This document shows, in pieces, positions 40,372-50,936 of a DNA stretch of 57,702 bases. The stretch lies in the NCBI GenBank assembly GCA_031406385.1, contig JANOHI010000022.1, forward strand, positions 1 through 57,702, in the 5' to 3' direction. Positions within the stretch are counted from its first letter, which is position 1; every line of letters begins with the position of its first letter. The notes under the pieces are model-generated. The model was given only the letters and a program-made list of their open reading frames with translations. It was not told the DNA's origin and did not search any database. A program made the translations under genes and the position numbers. This DNA is from Acidimicrobiia bacterium (lineage in GTDB: Bacteria > Actinomycetota > Acidimicrobiia > Acidimicrobiales > JANYDT01).

Positions 40372-42150
40372 GTGCGCATGAGTCAGACAATCAACGGTCG
40401 AAGCACAGGTCACGTCGAGCGACTGGTGCAGACACCGCCCGACGCGTCGCCGCCCGACACGCCGCTGCTCACCCGCATCCGGGAGTCCGTGATCGGGGAC
40501 GATCTGGTCATGGACGGTCCCTACGGTCCTCGCCGGATCACCTATGCGGACTACACCGCGTCGGGCCGGGCCCTTTCCTTCATCGAGGACTACATCCGAG
40601 AGGAAGTGCTGCCGCGCTACGCCAACACCCATACCGAGTCGTCGGGCACCGGTCTGCAGACGACCCGTCTCCGCGAGGACGCGCGCCGAATCATCCACGA
40701 TGCCGTCGGCGGTGATGACGAGGTGTGCGTGATCTTCGCCGGGTCGGGTGCGACCGGTGCGGTCGACCGGCTGATCGGGATCATGAACCTGCGGATCCCC
40801 GACGACCTCGACGACCGTTACCACCTTTCATCGCTGATCCCGAAGGATGAGCGACCGGTCGTCTTCGTCGGCCCGTTCGAGCATCACACCAACGAGCTGC
40901 CATGGCGGGAGTCGATCGCCGATGTCGTGGTCATCCCCGAAGATGCCGACGGACACATCGACCTCGAACGCCTCGAAGCCGAGCTTGTCGCCTACGCCGA
41001 CCGGCCGGTCAAGATCGGCTCGTTCTCGGCTGCCTCGAACGTCACCGGCATCATCTCCAACACCTGTGCGATCGCCGACCTGCTGCATCGCCACGGAGCG
41101 CTGTCGCTGTGGGACTTCGCCGCGGCCGCACCGTATGTGGACATAGAGATGTATCCGACGTGCGCAGCGCATCCGCTCGCCTACAAGGACGCAGTGTTCC
41201 TCAGCCCGCACAAGTTCGTCGGTGGGCCGGGCACTCCCGGCGTCCTCGTTGTTCGGCGTGAGCTGCTCCACAACCGCGTGCCCGACGTGGTCGGCGGAGG
41301 CACGGTGGCCTACGTGAACCCGCTGGAGCACCGCTACCTCGACGATCCCGTCCATCGCGAAGAGGGCGGCACGCCGGCCATCGTCGAATCGATCCGCGCC
41401 GGACTCGTGTTCCAGCTCAAGCAGTCGGTCGGTGTGCCCACCATCCGCGCCCACGAGGAGGCCTACTGGCAGCGGGCCGTGGCCGCCTGGAATGCCAACC
41501 CCGCGATGCAGGTGTTGGGCAACACCCACTCGGAACGGCTGTCGATCATTTCCTTCGTAGTGCGTCGGCCGGGTGGTCGCTACCTGCATCACAACTTCGT
41601 CGTAGCCCTGCTCAACGATCTCTTCGGCATCCAGTCTCGCGGCGGGTGTTCCTGCGCCGGTCCCTACGGCCATCGGCTGCTCGGCATCGACATCGAACGT
41701 TCGCACGAGTTCGAGAGTGAAATCACCCACGGTTGCGAAGGCATCAAGCCGGGATGGACGCGCGTCAGCTTCAACTACTTCATCTCCGAGACGGTCTTCT
41801 CCTATCTCGTCGATGCCGTGAATCTCATCGCCGAGCACGGATGGAAGCTGCTCCCGGAGTACCGGTTCGATCCGGCTTCGGGGTTGTGGCGTCACGAAAG
41901 CGGACTGGTCGAGCCTCCGCTTCGTCTCTCCGACCTCTCCTACGACCCGGGCACCGGCGAGATGCTCCGACCGGCCGTGGCCACTGTCCGCGCACCCGAG
42001 ACCGCACTCGCGGGATACCTCGACCAGGCCCGGGCGCGGTTCGCGGCGGCGCAGGAGTGGGCCGAGGTCCCGCTGGCCGAAGGGGTCCTGTCGAGCGCAT
42101 TCGAACACCTGCGCTGGTTCGAACTCCCGCTGGCGTCGCTGTCGTCATGA
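40372..42150 (+). CDS. aminotransferase class V-fold PLP-dependent enzyme (cysteine-desulfurase-like)
   Basis: Motifs: SFSAASNVTG and the PLP-lysine region FLSPHKFVGGPGTPGVLV. The 592-aa protein has a C-terminal extension. Confidence 0.82.
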   Translation: MRMSQTINGRSTGHVERLVQTPPDASPPDTPLLTRIRESVIGDDLVMDGPYGPRRITYADYTASGRALSFIEDYIREEVLPRYANTHTESSGTGLQTTRLREDARRIIHDAVGGDDEVCVIFAGSGATGAVDRLIGIMNLRIPDDLDDRYHLSSLIPKDERPVVFVGPFEHHTNELPWRESIADVVVIPEDADGHIDLERLEAELVAYADRPVKIGSFSAASNVTGIISNTCAIADLLHRHGALSLWDFAAAAPYVDIEMYPTCAAHPLAYKDAVFLSPHKFVGGPGTPGVLVVRRELLHNRVPDVVGGGTVAYVNPLEHRYLDDPVHREEGGTPAIVESIRAGLVFQLKQSVGVPTIRAHEEAYWQRAVAAWNANPAMQVLGNTHSERLSIISFVVRRPGGRYLHHNFVVALLNDLFGIQSRGGCSCAGPYGHRLLGIDIERSHEFESEITHGCEGIKPGWTRVSFNYFISETVFSYLVDAVNLIAEHGWKLLPEYRFDPASGLWRHESGLVEPPLRLSDLSYDPGTGEMLRPAVATVRAPETALAGYLDQARARFAAAQEWAEVPLAEGVLSSAFEHLRWFELPLASLSS

Positions 42151-42192
42151 GGTCGTGAGTCGTCAGGGCCCCCCGCGACGTAGCGTCTGCCG

Positions 42193-42549
42193 ATGGAATC
42201 GACACGCGTCGACAAGTGGCTGTGCGCCGTACGCATCTTCAAGACGCGCACGCTGGCCACCGACGCGTGTGAGGGTGGACATGTGACGGTGAACGACAGG
42301 GGAGCGAAGCCCTCCACACCGGTGAGGGTTGGCGACCGGGTCGTGGTCCGGATCGAACACGCCGATCGCATCCTGGAGGTGGTCCGCGTCATCGACAAGC
42401 GGGTCGGTGCATCCGTTGCTGCCGAATGCTTCATCGACCACTCGCCGGTCGTCGAGCGGGAGCCCTTCGTGCCGGTGTTCGTGCGCGACGCCGGTACCGG
42501 ACGCCCGACCAAGCGTGACCGCAGAGTCCTCGACCGGCTGCGCGAGTAG
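42193..42549 (+). CDS. S4-domain RNA-binding protein (Hsp15/HslR-like)
   Basis: MESTRVDKWLCAVRIFKTRTLATDACEGGHVTVN is a typical S4 motif; the protein is 118 aa. Confidence 0.8.
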   Translation: MESTRVDKWLCAVRIFKTRTLATDACEGGHVTVNDRGAKPSTPVRVGDRVVVRIEHADRILEVVRVIDKRVGASVAAECFIDHSPVVEREPFVPVFVRDAGTGRPTKRDRRVLDRLRE

Positions 42550-42562
42550 GCCGTATTCGTTC

Positions 42563-43699
42563 TCACACCAGCGAGCGGATGAGATCGCAGATCTCGAGGG
42601 TGGTGCCTTCACCGGGGTTCGGGTAGGCCATCTTGTTGATCGTCACGGCGACCCCGAGACCGAGTTCCGGATCGGCGAAACCGGTCGACCCGCCGGCGCC
42701 GGCGTGGCCGAAAGCGGTTCTGCGAGGCCCAATCGGGCCGTGCACGAGGTTGCCGTGGAGGTTGGGTCCGAGTCCGCCGAGCATGAAGCCGGTGGAGCGC
42801 CGGATCGATGGGCCGAGAACGCGATCAGGGGCGTCCGTCTGCATGGTCTGCATACGCACGATCTGCTCGGGCGAGACCAATGCCACGCCATTGATCGTTC
42901 CTCCATAGGCGAGCGCGCCGTACATGCGGGCGAGTGCTCGGGCCGAGAAGTGACCGTTCGCCCCGGGCATGCAGGCGGTGCGGAACTCGAGGTCGTTGAA
43001 GTGCTGCCACATCGCCTTCGGCATGGCCTCGAAGAAGGGGCTGTCCGCCGGAATCGGCAATCCCTCGCCTGCTCCCACGATGGCCAACGTGGCCACGCGG
43101 TTCAGCACACTCGGCTCATCGGGAATGCCGACGAAGAACTCGTCGGCCACTCCGAGCGGCTCGGCCACTTCGGTGCGGATCACCTCGGAGAAGTGGCGAC
43201 CGGTCGCGCCACGGACTATGCCGCCAACCAGCCAGCCGTAGGTCACCGCGTGGTACGCGTTCGTGGTGCCGGGCTCCCATGCGGGGGTGCCCGCGGCGAC
43301 CCATTCGAGCGCCGCGTCCCAATCGGTGAGGTGGTCCGGTCGGAAGTCGGTGGGCATGGCGTGCAGCCCGGCCTGATGGCTCATGGCCTGAGCAACCGTG
43401 ATCGCTCCTTTCCCGTTCCGGGCGAACTCCGGCCAGTACTCGGCGACGGGGGCGTCGTAATCGATGATCCCGCGGTCGGCGAGTTGATGGATGACCAGAG
43501 CCGACGGCCCCTTTGTCGTCGAGAAGCTCAGGAACAGCGAGTCGTGGGCGACAGGCCGATCATCATCCGGGCCCAGGGTTCCAGCCGCAACGTCGATGAT
43601 CGGTTCGCCGTTGAGGTAGGCGGCCACCTGCACACCGATCTGGCGCCCGGCATCGACCTGGGCATCGACAAGTTCCTGTACGGCACTGTTGCGATCCAT
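42563..43699 (-). CDS. serine hydrolase of the beta-lactamase/esterase (class C-like) family
   Basis: The SxxK motif reads FLSFSTTKG. The 378-aa size and overall pattern fit EstB/AmpC-like hydrolases. Confidence 0.85.
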   Translation of the reverse strand: MDRNSAVQELVDAQVDAGRQIGVQVAAYLNGEPIIDVAAGTLGPDDDRPVAHDSLFLSFSTTKGPSALVIHQLADRGIIDYDAPVAEYWPEFARNGKGAITVAQAMSHQAGLHAMPTDFRPDHLTDWDAALEWVAAGTPAWEPGTTNAYHAVTYGWLVGGIVRGATGRHFSEVIRTEVAEPLGVADEFFVGIPDEPSVLNRVATLAIVGAGEGLPIPADSPFFEAMPKAMWQHFNDLEFRTACMPGANGHFSARALARMYGALAYGGTINGVALVSPEQIVRMQTMQTDAPDRVLGPSIRRSTGFMLGGLGPNLHGNLVHGPIGPRRTAFGHAGAGGSTGFADPELGLGVAVTINKMAYPNPGEGTTLEICDLIRSLV

Positions 43700-43840
43700 A
43701 CGCCTGAGTCAATCAGCAGCCGACGCGGGAACGCCAGAGAGCTCTGCCTGGGGCTGACGTGCGTCCCCGACCCCAGTCCCGAAGGTCATCTTCCGGTCGG
43801 AGCGGCGGTCACATCGTGGGTTGTCGCCCACGTCCGATGA

Positions 43841-45502
43841 TCAGGGGCGCGCCAGGTAGGTGTTGCGGTCCGACGGAGTGCCTTCGCGTCCGCGGCGTCC
43901 ATCGGCCCGATCGGAGTTCAAGGCGATTTCGCGGTGCCATGCCGCCAGCGACCTCGCGTCGAGTATGTCCACCCGAGCTTCGACCGCGTCGTGATCGAGC
44001 ACCTCCGTATGCACGCCTATCGATCCGTCGTCGCCGGCGACGATCTCCACGGCGCGGATCTGGCAGGGCCAGTCGATGGTCGACGATGTGGTTATCTCCC
44101 ACAGCCCGGCCTCTCCGGTCACCGGGTTGGCGAGGGGACGGATGCGGTGCACATGGCGATGGCCGGCGAGCCAGGCCACGACGTTACCGTAGCCGAGGAG
44201 GACGGCCTCGAGGTCGGCGGCGAGCCGTCGATCGGTCGGGTCGGGGTTTTCGTAGGTGTTGTCGAGCGACACGCTGCCGTGGTGACTGGCCACGACGACA
44301 GGTCGATGCTGCGCTTCTCGGAGGCGATCGTCGAGCCATGCGAGCTGGGCCAGCCCGACGCTTCCCTGGTAGTGGCCGGTCGGGTGGTTCGTGTCGAGCA
44401 CGATGATCCGCACGTGCTCGGTGTCGTGGACGAAGTCGGTGCCGTCGTCCGCCCGCGTCAAACCCTGCGTGGCTCCACCAGTACCAAGTGCACGTATGAA
44501 TTCGGCGCTGGTCACGGCCCGTCGTGCGGGATCGGCGCGCACTTCGAACCGGGGCTGCCCACTGGAGAACGCCGTGGGGTCTTCGAGGTACGCAGCGAGC
44601 GGATCGACCGGATCGAACCCGGCAGGGCTGCCGAGCGCGCGCCACGCACCAACGGCGATGCGCTCGATTCCATGTGTGGTGAACACGGTGCCCTGTCGCA
44701 TCACGTCGTGATTCCCGAGCGCGGCCAACCAGGCCATCCCCACGCCGGGAGAAGAGATCGGTGCTGACGCGGCGTCGATCAGACCGTTCACCAGGGGGAA
44801 CCCGAACTCGGATCGGAACCGGTCGGGCATGCCGCCATCGGGCAGCCAGAACGGCCAGAGCCCGGACGATGTCCAGTGCACCGGATCGTTCGACCGCGCG
44901 TCTTGCGCCCACGACGAGAGCTGCGGTCCCTCGTAGGGAAGCGCGAACGAGCCGCCACCAGCAAGCGCGATGAACGCATCCAGCTCGTTGCGCTGCGCGT
45001 TGTCGGTGTTGTCGCCGGTGAAGATCACCGCCTCGGTGCCGTCGTCCGCTGAAGCGTTGATAGCCGCACAGAACGCCGCCGCTCCCCAGTTGGCGAGGAG
45101 GTCGTGGGGGCGCGCCATGTGAAGGAGCGGGTGCCATTTCTTCTCCGCGGCGCGCACCTCGACCCAGTCGGCGCGTGCCGGTGATCCGGTGTCCATGACG
45201 TGCGTGTCCGTCACGTGGAGCAGACGGAGCAGGACCCGACCGCGGCCACGTGTCAGCGCAGCCGGATCACCCCCGAGATCGGCACGGAGAGTCTCGGCTT
45301 CGCCCGGCGCGCTGACGATCGTCGAGTAGCCGCGCGCATCCGAAGGGACAAGTCGGCGTTCGGTCGTTCCGACAAGAGTCGTCATCTCCGTCACCGTAGC
45401 GGTGCCACCTGTGAACTGCCGGAGTGCCTTTGGCGAACGCCCGGCAAACGGCTCCGCGCTGTCGACGGCGGCATGCACGATCGGCGTCCTCGTCGCGAAC
45501 AC
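43841..45502 (-). CDS. metallophosphoesterase
   Basis: Motifs: LLHVTDTHV, FTGDNTDN, ALGNHD, LAGHRHVH. Confidence 0.75.
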   Translation of the reverse strand: MFATRTPIVHAAVDSAEPFAGRSPKALRQFTGGTATVTEMTTLVGTTERRLVPSDARGYSTIVSAPGEAETLRADLGGDPAALTRGRGRVLLRLLHVTDTHVMDTGSPARADWVEVRAAEKKWHPLLHMARPHDLLANWGAAAFCAAINASADDGTEAVIFTGDNTDNAQRNELDAFIALAGGGSFALPYEGPQLSSWAQDARSNDPVHWTSSGLWPFWLPDGGMPDRFRSEFGFPLVNGLIDAASAPISSPGVGMAWLAALGNHDVMRQGTVFTTHGIERIAVGAWRALGSPAGFDPVDPLAAYLEDPTAFSSGQPRFEVRADPARRAVTSAEFIRALGTGGATQGLTRADDGTDFVHDTEHVRIIVLDTNHPTGHYQGSVGLAQLAWLDDRLREAQHRPVVVASHHGSVSLDNTYENPDPTDRRLAADLEAVLLGYGNVVAWLAGHRHVHRIRPLANPVTGEAGLWEITTSSTIDWPCQIRAVEIVAGDDGSIGVHTEVLDHDAVEARVDILDARSLAAWHREIALNSDRADGRRGREGTPSDRNTYLARP

Positions 45503-45563
45503 GTTGACAGCAGGGAGAGGTCTTTGCCTGTCCCTTACCTGCGGGCCCTAGGTTGATGGGTGC

Positions 45564-48107
45564 TTGGTCGACGCGACGCACACCCTCCAACCCCAGCCCC
45601 CATCTTCCCCCCCGGACGAGTCGACCAGCGGATCTCTGACCGGTGGCCCGGCCGCGGCCGCGCCACGGCGGGCGCTGGTCGATCGGGTCGGTTGGCTGAT
45701 CGTCGGGCTCGGCATGGTCGTACTGTTCGCCAAGCTCGGCGGGATCTCCAGCGCCGGATACGGATGGCCCTCATGGAAGCCGTGGACGTGGCGCCCCGGT
45801 CCGCTCTTCCGCAACACTCTGACGACCGGCGGCGACATGGGGGCACACGTGTGGACCCCCGACTTCCTGCGCGCCCATGTGCTCTCGACGTTCAACGCGA
45901 CCGGCTGGTCGAAGGATTGGTTCGCCGGGTTCCCGGTGCTGCACTTCTACTTCCCGCTGCCGAGCTGGGTGATCGTGGCTCTGGGGGCGGTGATGGCGCC
46001 GAACGTCGCCTTCAAACTGGTGACCGTCTCGGGTCTTTTGACCCTGCCGCTCGCCGCGATGCTCCTCGCCCGCTCGGGCCACGTCGCGCGGCATTACCGG
46101 TACCTGTTTGCGATGGCCGCGATGGTCTTCGTTCTCGATCCGGGGTTTTCGATCCTCGGAGGAAACGCGTTGTCCACGTTGGCGGGCGAGTTCTCCTTCT
46201 CGATCAGCCTTTCGGCGTGCGTTGCGTATTTCGCGTTGTTGATCCGGGTGCTCCGCACCGGCCGAGGGCGTGTTTGGGCTGTGGCTGCACTGACCGTCAC
46301 GGGGCTCTCTCATCTACTCCCAACGTTGTTCGCCGGGCTGGGTACCGTCGTCATCGTAGGTGTGCATATGACAACGCGAGCGCCGTCGAGTATCCGTCGG
46401 CGACTGCTCGACACCGCATTGATCGGTGCGCTCGCAGCGATGCTGGCGGCATTCTGGGTGGTGCCCTTTGCCGCGCACCTTGCGTACACCAACGACATGG
46501 AGTGGGAAACGGCCACGGTGTATCTCGGTGCCCTGTTTCCCCCTGTAGCTGACATGCCGTTGACCGGAGCCGCCATTGCGGGCGCGGTCGTCCTGTGCGC
46601 CCTGTTCGGTGGACTCGTTCAGCTCGTTCGTTTCGCGTCGGCTCTTCGGGCTCATCGAGAACCGGACGCGGAGTCACGTCTCGCCACCTGCCTCGCACTG
46701 ATGGCGGTGGGCGCCGCTTTGGCGTTTCGCTTTCCGCCCTCGTTCCGCATCCTCAACGAGCGGGCGCTCCCGTTCTACTTCTTCTCTTGCTATTTGCTCG
46801 CAACCTTTGGGCTGACCACGATCGGCCGACTGATCATGCACGTTGCCCGGCGGATGCTGACACGGCGGAAGGCGAAGGGAGCTCTTGCGTGGCGGAACGC
46901 ACCGGTGGCCGGACTCGTGAGCGTTGCGGCCGTGTGCTGGTGGAGCGTCGGCGGTGTGATGGGCATCCTGCCGGGCTTTGTCCCTGTTCCATCGCTCGAC
47001 TCGAGTGGCCTCGGTGTGCAGCGTGCCGACGAGACCCTCGATCTCAATCCGATCGGCGACTGGGCGAAGGACAACTACGACGGTTACGAATCGACCTCCG
47101 AGTGGCCGGAACTACGCGCGCTGATCACCGTGATGCAAGACGTCGGAAGAGTTCACGGATGTGGTCGCGCGATGTGGGACTACGAGGACGAGTTCTCCCG
47201 CTACGGGACAGAGTTCGCCGCGGTGTTGCTCCCGATGTGGACGGACGGCTGCATCGGCTCGATGGAAGGGCTCTACCTCGAATCGTCGCCGAGTCTTCCG
47301 TATCTGCTGATCAACGCGTCGATGCTCTCCGCCCGTCCAGGTGATCCGCAAGGACGCCTGCCCTATCCGGGACTCAACGTTGCCGAGGGAGTCCGGCGAC
47401 TCCAGCAGTGGGGTGTGCGCTACTACCTGGTCTTCTCGCCGGCGGCCCAGCTGCAGGCGCGGACGAACCCTGATCTGACGCTGTTGGCAACGACGCCGTA
47501 TACGCGGGACTGCGAACCCGAGGAGGTGGCGGCGGCGTCCTGCCCCGCAACGTGGGAGGTCTACGAAGTAGCTGATTCGCCGCTCGTCGAGGGGCTGTCC
47601 ATGCAACCTGCCGTGCTGACCGGGATCCAGGGAACGCAGCGAGGCGGCTGGCTCGACGTTGCGATGGCCCAGTACATCGACCAGGCTCGCTATTCGGTGC
47701 CGCTTGCGGCAGACGGCCCAGCCGACTGGCAACGAGTCGAGGCCAAGGTCGATCGTCCGTTCGCGTCGAACTTCGGTGACGGCACGACGATCGAGCCGGC
47801 TGCAGCTCGTGCGCTTCCTACTGTCGCGGTGACTGCCGTTGTCGAGGGGAACGGCTCGCTGTCGTTCACGGTCGATCGTGTCGGCGTGCCGGTGGTTGTG
47901 AAGGAGTCGTACTTCCCGACATGGCGAGCCCGCGGCGCCGACGGGCCCTTCCGGCTCGCGCCGAACATGATGGTGGTCGTGCCACGGGAGCGCACGGTCA
48001 CCATGGGAGTAGAACGCGACGCCGCGGGCTTCGTCGGGCTGGGTCTGACCGGCGCCGGTGTGATCTGCCTCGGGGCGCTTGCCTTTCGCGTTCGCCGTCG
48101 GAATTGA
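45564..48107 (+). CDS. large polytopic membrane protein with an extracytoplasmic C-terminal domain (possible GT-C-type glycosyltransferase)
   Basis: The 847-aa protein has about 12 or more hydrophobic segments in the first 480 or so residues. It has a TTGGDMGAHVWTPDF motif after the first TM, a soluble C-terminal half, and a terminal TM. The family assignment is tentative. Confidence 0.55.
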   Translation: MVDATHTLQPQPPSSPPDESTSGSLTGGPAAAAPRRALVDRVGWLIVGLGMVVLFAKLGGISSAGYGWPSWKPWTWRPGPLFRNTLTTGGDMGAHVWTPDFLRAHVLSTFNATGWSKDWFAGFPVLHFYFPLPSWVIVALGAVMAPNVAFKLVTVSGLLTLPLAAMLLARSGHVARHYRYLFAMAAMVFVLDPGFSILGGNALSTLAGEFSFSISLSACVAYFALLIRVLRTGRGRVWAVAALTVTGLSHLLPTLFAGLGTVVIVGVHMTTRAPSSIRRRLLDTALIGALAAMLAAFWVVPFAAHLAYTNDMEWETATVYLGALFPPVADMPLTGAAIAGAVVLCALFGGLVQLVRFASALRAHREPDAESRLATCLALMAVGAALAFRFPPSFRILNERALPFYFFSCYLLATFGLTTIGRLIMHVARRMLTRRKAKGALAWRNAPVAGLVSVAAVCWWSVGGVMGILPGFVPVPSLDSSGLGVQRADETLDLNPIGDWAKDNYDGYESTSEWPELRALITVMQDVGRVHGCGRAMWDYEDEFSRYGTEFAAVLLPMWTDGCIGSMEGLYLESSPSLPYLLINASMLSARPGDPQGRLPYPGLNVAEGVRRLQQWGVRYYLVFSPAAQLQARTNPDLTLLATTPYTRDCEPEEVAAASCPATWEVYEVADSPLVEGLSMQPAVLTGIQGTQRGGWLDVAMAQYIDQARYSVPLAADGPADWQRVEAKVDRPFASNFGDGTTIEPAAARALPTVAVTAVVEGNGSLSFTVDRVGVPVVVKESYFPTWRARGADGPFRLAPNMMVVVPRERTVTMGVERDAAGFVGLGLTGAGVICLGALAFRVRRRN

Positions 48108-48196
48108 CCCACCTCGCCTTGAGCGGCTCGACTATCCGCGGCACGCGGGATCCCTTGCGTGGAACTCCTTTCTTGGCCACCAGAACGAAGGACATC

Positions 48197-49033
48197 ATGA
48201 GCACCCGCCGATCGCTGGAAACCGGAACGGACGACTTGTTGGGCTGGGTGGAAGACGGCGTCGCCGTGCTCAGCTTCAATCGTCCCGGCAGCCGCAACGC
48301 GCTTTCCAGCGCGATGTATGGCGGCTTCGCTGCGACGCTGCCGATCATCGCCGAAGATCCTGCGATCGGCTGTCTGGTCATCACCGGTGAGGGTGGCGCC
48401 TTCTGTGCCGGCGGTGACGTGAAGGGCTTCGCCGAAGGACATAAGGCGGAAGGGGGACCGCCAAGGCAGCCTTCGTCGGTGGCCATCGACAATCTCCGTC
48501 GACGGCAGGCCGAGGTATCCCTTGCCATCCACCGACTCCCGAAGATCACCGTGGCTGCGCTTCCCGGAGCCGCAGCGGGCGCAGGGCTCTCGATCGCCCT
48601 GGCATGTGACTTCCGAGTCGCCACAGCGAAGTCCATTCTGATCACCGCGTTCTCCAACATTGGGGCGTCGGGTGACTTCGGTGGCAGCTTCTTTCTCACC
48701 CAACTCGTGGGCCCGTCGAAGGCCAAGGAGCTCTACATCCTGAGCGAGCGCCTCACTGCGCACGAAGCGGCGGCCCTCGGCATCGTGAACCGAGTCTTCG
48801 AAGACGACACGTTCGGTGATGACTGGCGATCGTTCGCCTCCCGAATCGCATCAGGGCCGACGCTGGCTAACCGCGCGATCAAGGAGAACATCAACCGAGC
48901 CTTGGTCGCCGACCTCGCTACATGCCTCGACGCCGAAGCTGTCAACATGATCGCCACGATGTCGAGCGAGGACCATCGCTCCGCCGTGGCCGCGTTCGTC
49001 TCGAAGACGAAAGCGACGTTCGTCGGCCGCTAG
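48197..49033 (+). CDS. enoyl-CoA hydratase/isomerase (crotonase) family protein
   Basis: The oxyanion-hole region reads VITGEGGAFCAGGD, and GAAAGAGLSIALACD is also present. I use the ATG at 48197; the track start is 47921. Confidence 0.88.
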   Translation: MSTRRSLETGTDDLLGWVEDGVAVLSFNRPGSRNALSSAMYGGFAATLPIIAEDPAIGCLVITGEGGAFCAGGDVKGFAEGHKAEGGPPRQPSSVAIDNLRRRQAEVSLAIHRLPKITVAALPGAAAGAGLSIALACDFRVATAKSILITAFSNIGASGDFGGSFFLTQLVGPSKAKELYILSERLTAHEAAALGIVNRVFEDDTFGDDWRSFASRIASGPTLANRAIKENINRALVADLATCLDAEAVNMIATMSSEDHRSAVAAFVSKTKATFVGR

Positions 49034-49157
49034 CGATACCGGCTCGGCGACTCGTGGCTGTCCGTTGGCCGAGAGCGTTCAGTCGACCCTCGAGTTTTCA
49101 CAAGACCTAACCCGTACCTGGATCGCCCCGAACGCACGAATCCGTACCGTTTGTGTC

Positions 49158-49538
49158 ATGGAACGCAAAAGGGCTTGGATCACCGCCGGTGTCGTCGCCG
49201 TCACCTTCACCACCTCCGCTCTGGCGGTGATGGCCAACACCGGTCTTCTCGCAGTCTCACCGAGCGATCGCAACGTCGGTCAGTTGACACCGGCGGACAT
49301 CACGGTCGGTTCGGACCAGCCGTCGACCAGCACCACGGTCATTCCGGGAGTGACCATCCGCTACGAGGACGTGTACGTCACCCTGCCCCCCGTCGAGGCA
49401 ACAACGCAGCCTGTTGCGACAGCGGAGCCGGTGGCGGCGTCGGAGCCGTCACCGCCTGCCGCAGAACGCGGCACCACGCCGACGTACGTCGAACAAGAAC
49501 ATGAAGAATCCCACGAAGGAGAAGAAGACGATGACTGA
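49158..49538 (+). CDS. hypothetical single-pass membrane protein with an acidic C-terminal tail
   Basis: MERKRAWITAGVVAVTFTTSALAVMA provides the TM segment, and the protein ends ...EQEHEESHEGEEDDD. The stop overlaps the next gene's start (ATGACTGA). Confidence 0.45.
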   Translation: MERKRAWITAGVVAVTFTTSALAVMANTGLLAVSPSDRNVGQLTPADITVGSDQPSTSTTVIPGVTIRYEDVYVTLPPVEATTQPVATAEPVAASEPSPPAAERGTTPTYVEQEHEESHEGEEDDD

Positions 49539-49983
49539 ACGTGCCCCGAAACCATCGACGGACCGAAAGGGTCGGCGCCCGCACCCAGCCCGCAACGCAC
49601 GGCTGATCAGCGCCGGTGCGGCCGCGAGTCTGACGTTGGGAATGGTCGCCGCCCTCGCCATCAGCGATGCCTCCGCCGCATCGCGAGCCTCGGCGGCGAT
49701 GGCCGTGGAGCAGATCGTCAGTGACCCCGCTCCGGTGACCTCGTCCGTGACGCCCACGCCAGCCACGATCATGGTTATCCGGCGTATCCACTACCTGCCG
49801 GCGGCCTCCACCTTGGCTCCGGTCCCCCAGGCCGCCTCCGACGCCGTCGCGTTCTCGCCGCAGCCCGCCGTTCGCTCCGTAGCGCCGCGAGTGGCCACGC
49901 CGAAGGCTTCGACCGTGCGCCGAGCGGCTGTGAAGGTCAAGGCGCCGGCCCGAGTGGCGCGGCGCGCCACAAAGGCCAGCTGA
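49531..49983 (+). CDS. hypothetical single-pass membrane protein with basic N- and C-terminal tails
   Basis: MTERAPKPSTDRKGRRPHPARNARLISAGAAASLTLGMVAALAI provides the TM segment, and the protein ends ...KVKAPARVARRATKAS. The start is uncertain (an alternative ATG lies at 49501). Confidence 0.4.
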   Translation: MTERAPKPSTDRKGRRPHPARNARLISAGAAASLTLGMVAALAISDASAASRASAAMAVEQIVSDPAPVTSSVTPTPATIMVIRRIHYLPAASTLAPVPQAASDAVAFSPQPAVRSVAPRVATPKASTVRRAAVKVKAPARVARRATKAS

Positions 49984-50003
49984 CCGGACGAAAGGACAAT
50001 TCG

Positions 50004-50936
50004 ATGAACGACGTCCGCACCTTCACCGCCATGGGCACGACCGGGCACGTCGAGGTGTCCGGTCGTCATGCTCGTCGACTGGCCAAGAGCGCCGTCGCCA
50101 TGGTCGACGTCCTGGAGCAGCGCTGGTCGCGGTTTCTTCCTTCGAGTGACATCTCCCGCCTGAACGCGTCGGGGGGAACCCCGGTTTCGGTCGACCCGTC
50201 GACGATCGGGCTCCTCGAGCTTGCTGTGGCCGCGTGGCGGGGAACCGACGGAAGGTTCTCACCGTTCCTCCAGCGGGCGATGCAAGACGTCGGGTACCGG
50301 CGATCTCTCTCGAGCGGTCCCATTCTCACCCCGCCTGGGCGCCCGGTCCACCGGTCGTATGTGCCGCTCACGAACTCGCCGCTGCAGATCGACCGCCAGG
50401 CGGCAACCGTGACCCTCGACCCCGGCGCGGGTCTCGATCTCGGCGGCCTTGCAAAGGGTTTCTCCGCTGATCTGGTGCTGGCCGAACTGCTCGGCGGCGG
50501 AGCCCTGTCGGCACTGGTGGACATCGGAGGCGACATGGCCTTCGCCTCGGTCGATGGCGACGGCCGCGGGCCGGTGCCGTGGACCATCGCCGTGGACGAT
50601 CCCTTTGAACCCGGTGTTGCTATCGATCACCTGACGGCGCTCCGCGGAGGCGTGGCAACGTCGTCGACCCTCCGGCGGCGTTGGGTCTCGTCGGACGGCG
50701 AGAGCGTGCATCACCTGATTGATCCGACGACGGGCTGGTCGTGTGCGACCGACGTCGCCGCGGTCACGGTCCTCGCCGATTCGTGTGCGAACGCAGAGGT
50801 GCTCGCCAAGCAGTTCGTCCTTCTCGGGGCCGACGCTGCCGCGGCCGCCGCCGAACATGTGGGTGTGGATGCCCTCATCGTGGGGTATGGCGGTGCGGTG
50901 CGTCGAATCGGGCAGTGGGAACGCGTGAACTCATGA
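50004..50936 (+). CDS. apbE: FAD:protein FMN transferase (ApbE family)
   Basis: The pattern FTAMGTTGHVEV..., DLGGLAKGFSADL, HHLIDPTTG is typical of ApbE. Confidence 0.85.
   Translation: MNDVRTFTAMGTTGHVEVSGRHARRLAKSAVAMVDVLEQRWSRFLPSSDISRLNASGGTPVSVDPSTIGLLELAVAAWRGTDGRFSPFLQRAMQDVGYRRSLSSGPILTPPGRPVHRSYVPLTNSPLQIDRQAATVTLDPGAGLDLGGLAKGFSADLVLAELLGGGALSALVDIGGDMAFASVDGDGRGPVPWTIAVDDPFEPGVAIDHLTALRGGVATSSTLRRRWVSSDGESVHHLIDPTTGWSCATDVAAVTVLADSCANAEVLAKQFVLLGADAAAAAAEHVGVDALIVGYGGAVRRIGQWERVNS

Noticed and set aside
42329-43840. 503-aa plus-strand ORF overlapping the serine hydrolase gene, and 40828-42108 (-) overlapping the PLP enzyme gene.
   Set aside because: These are antisense shadow ORFs. 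The opposite strands carry the SxxK and PLP-lysine motifs, respectively.
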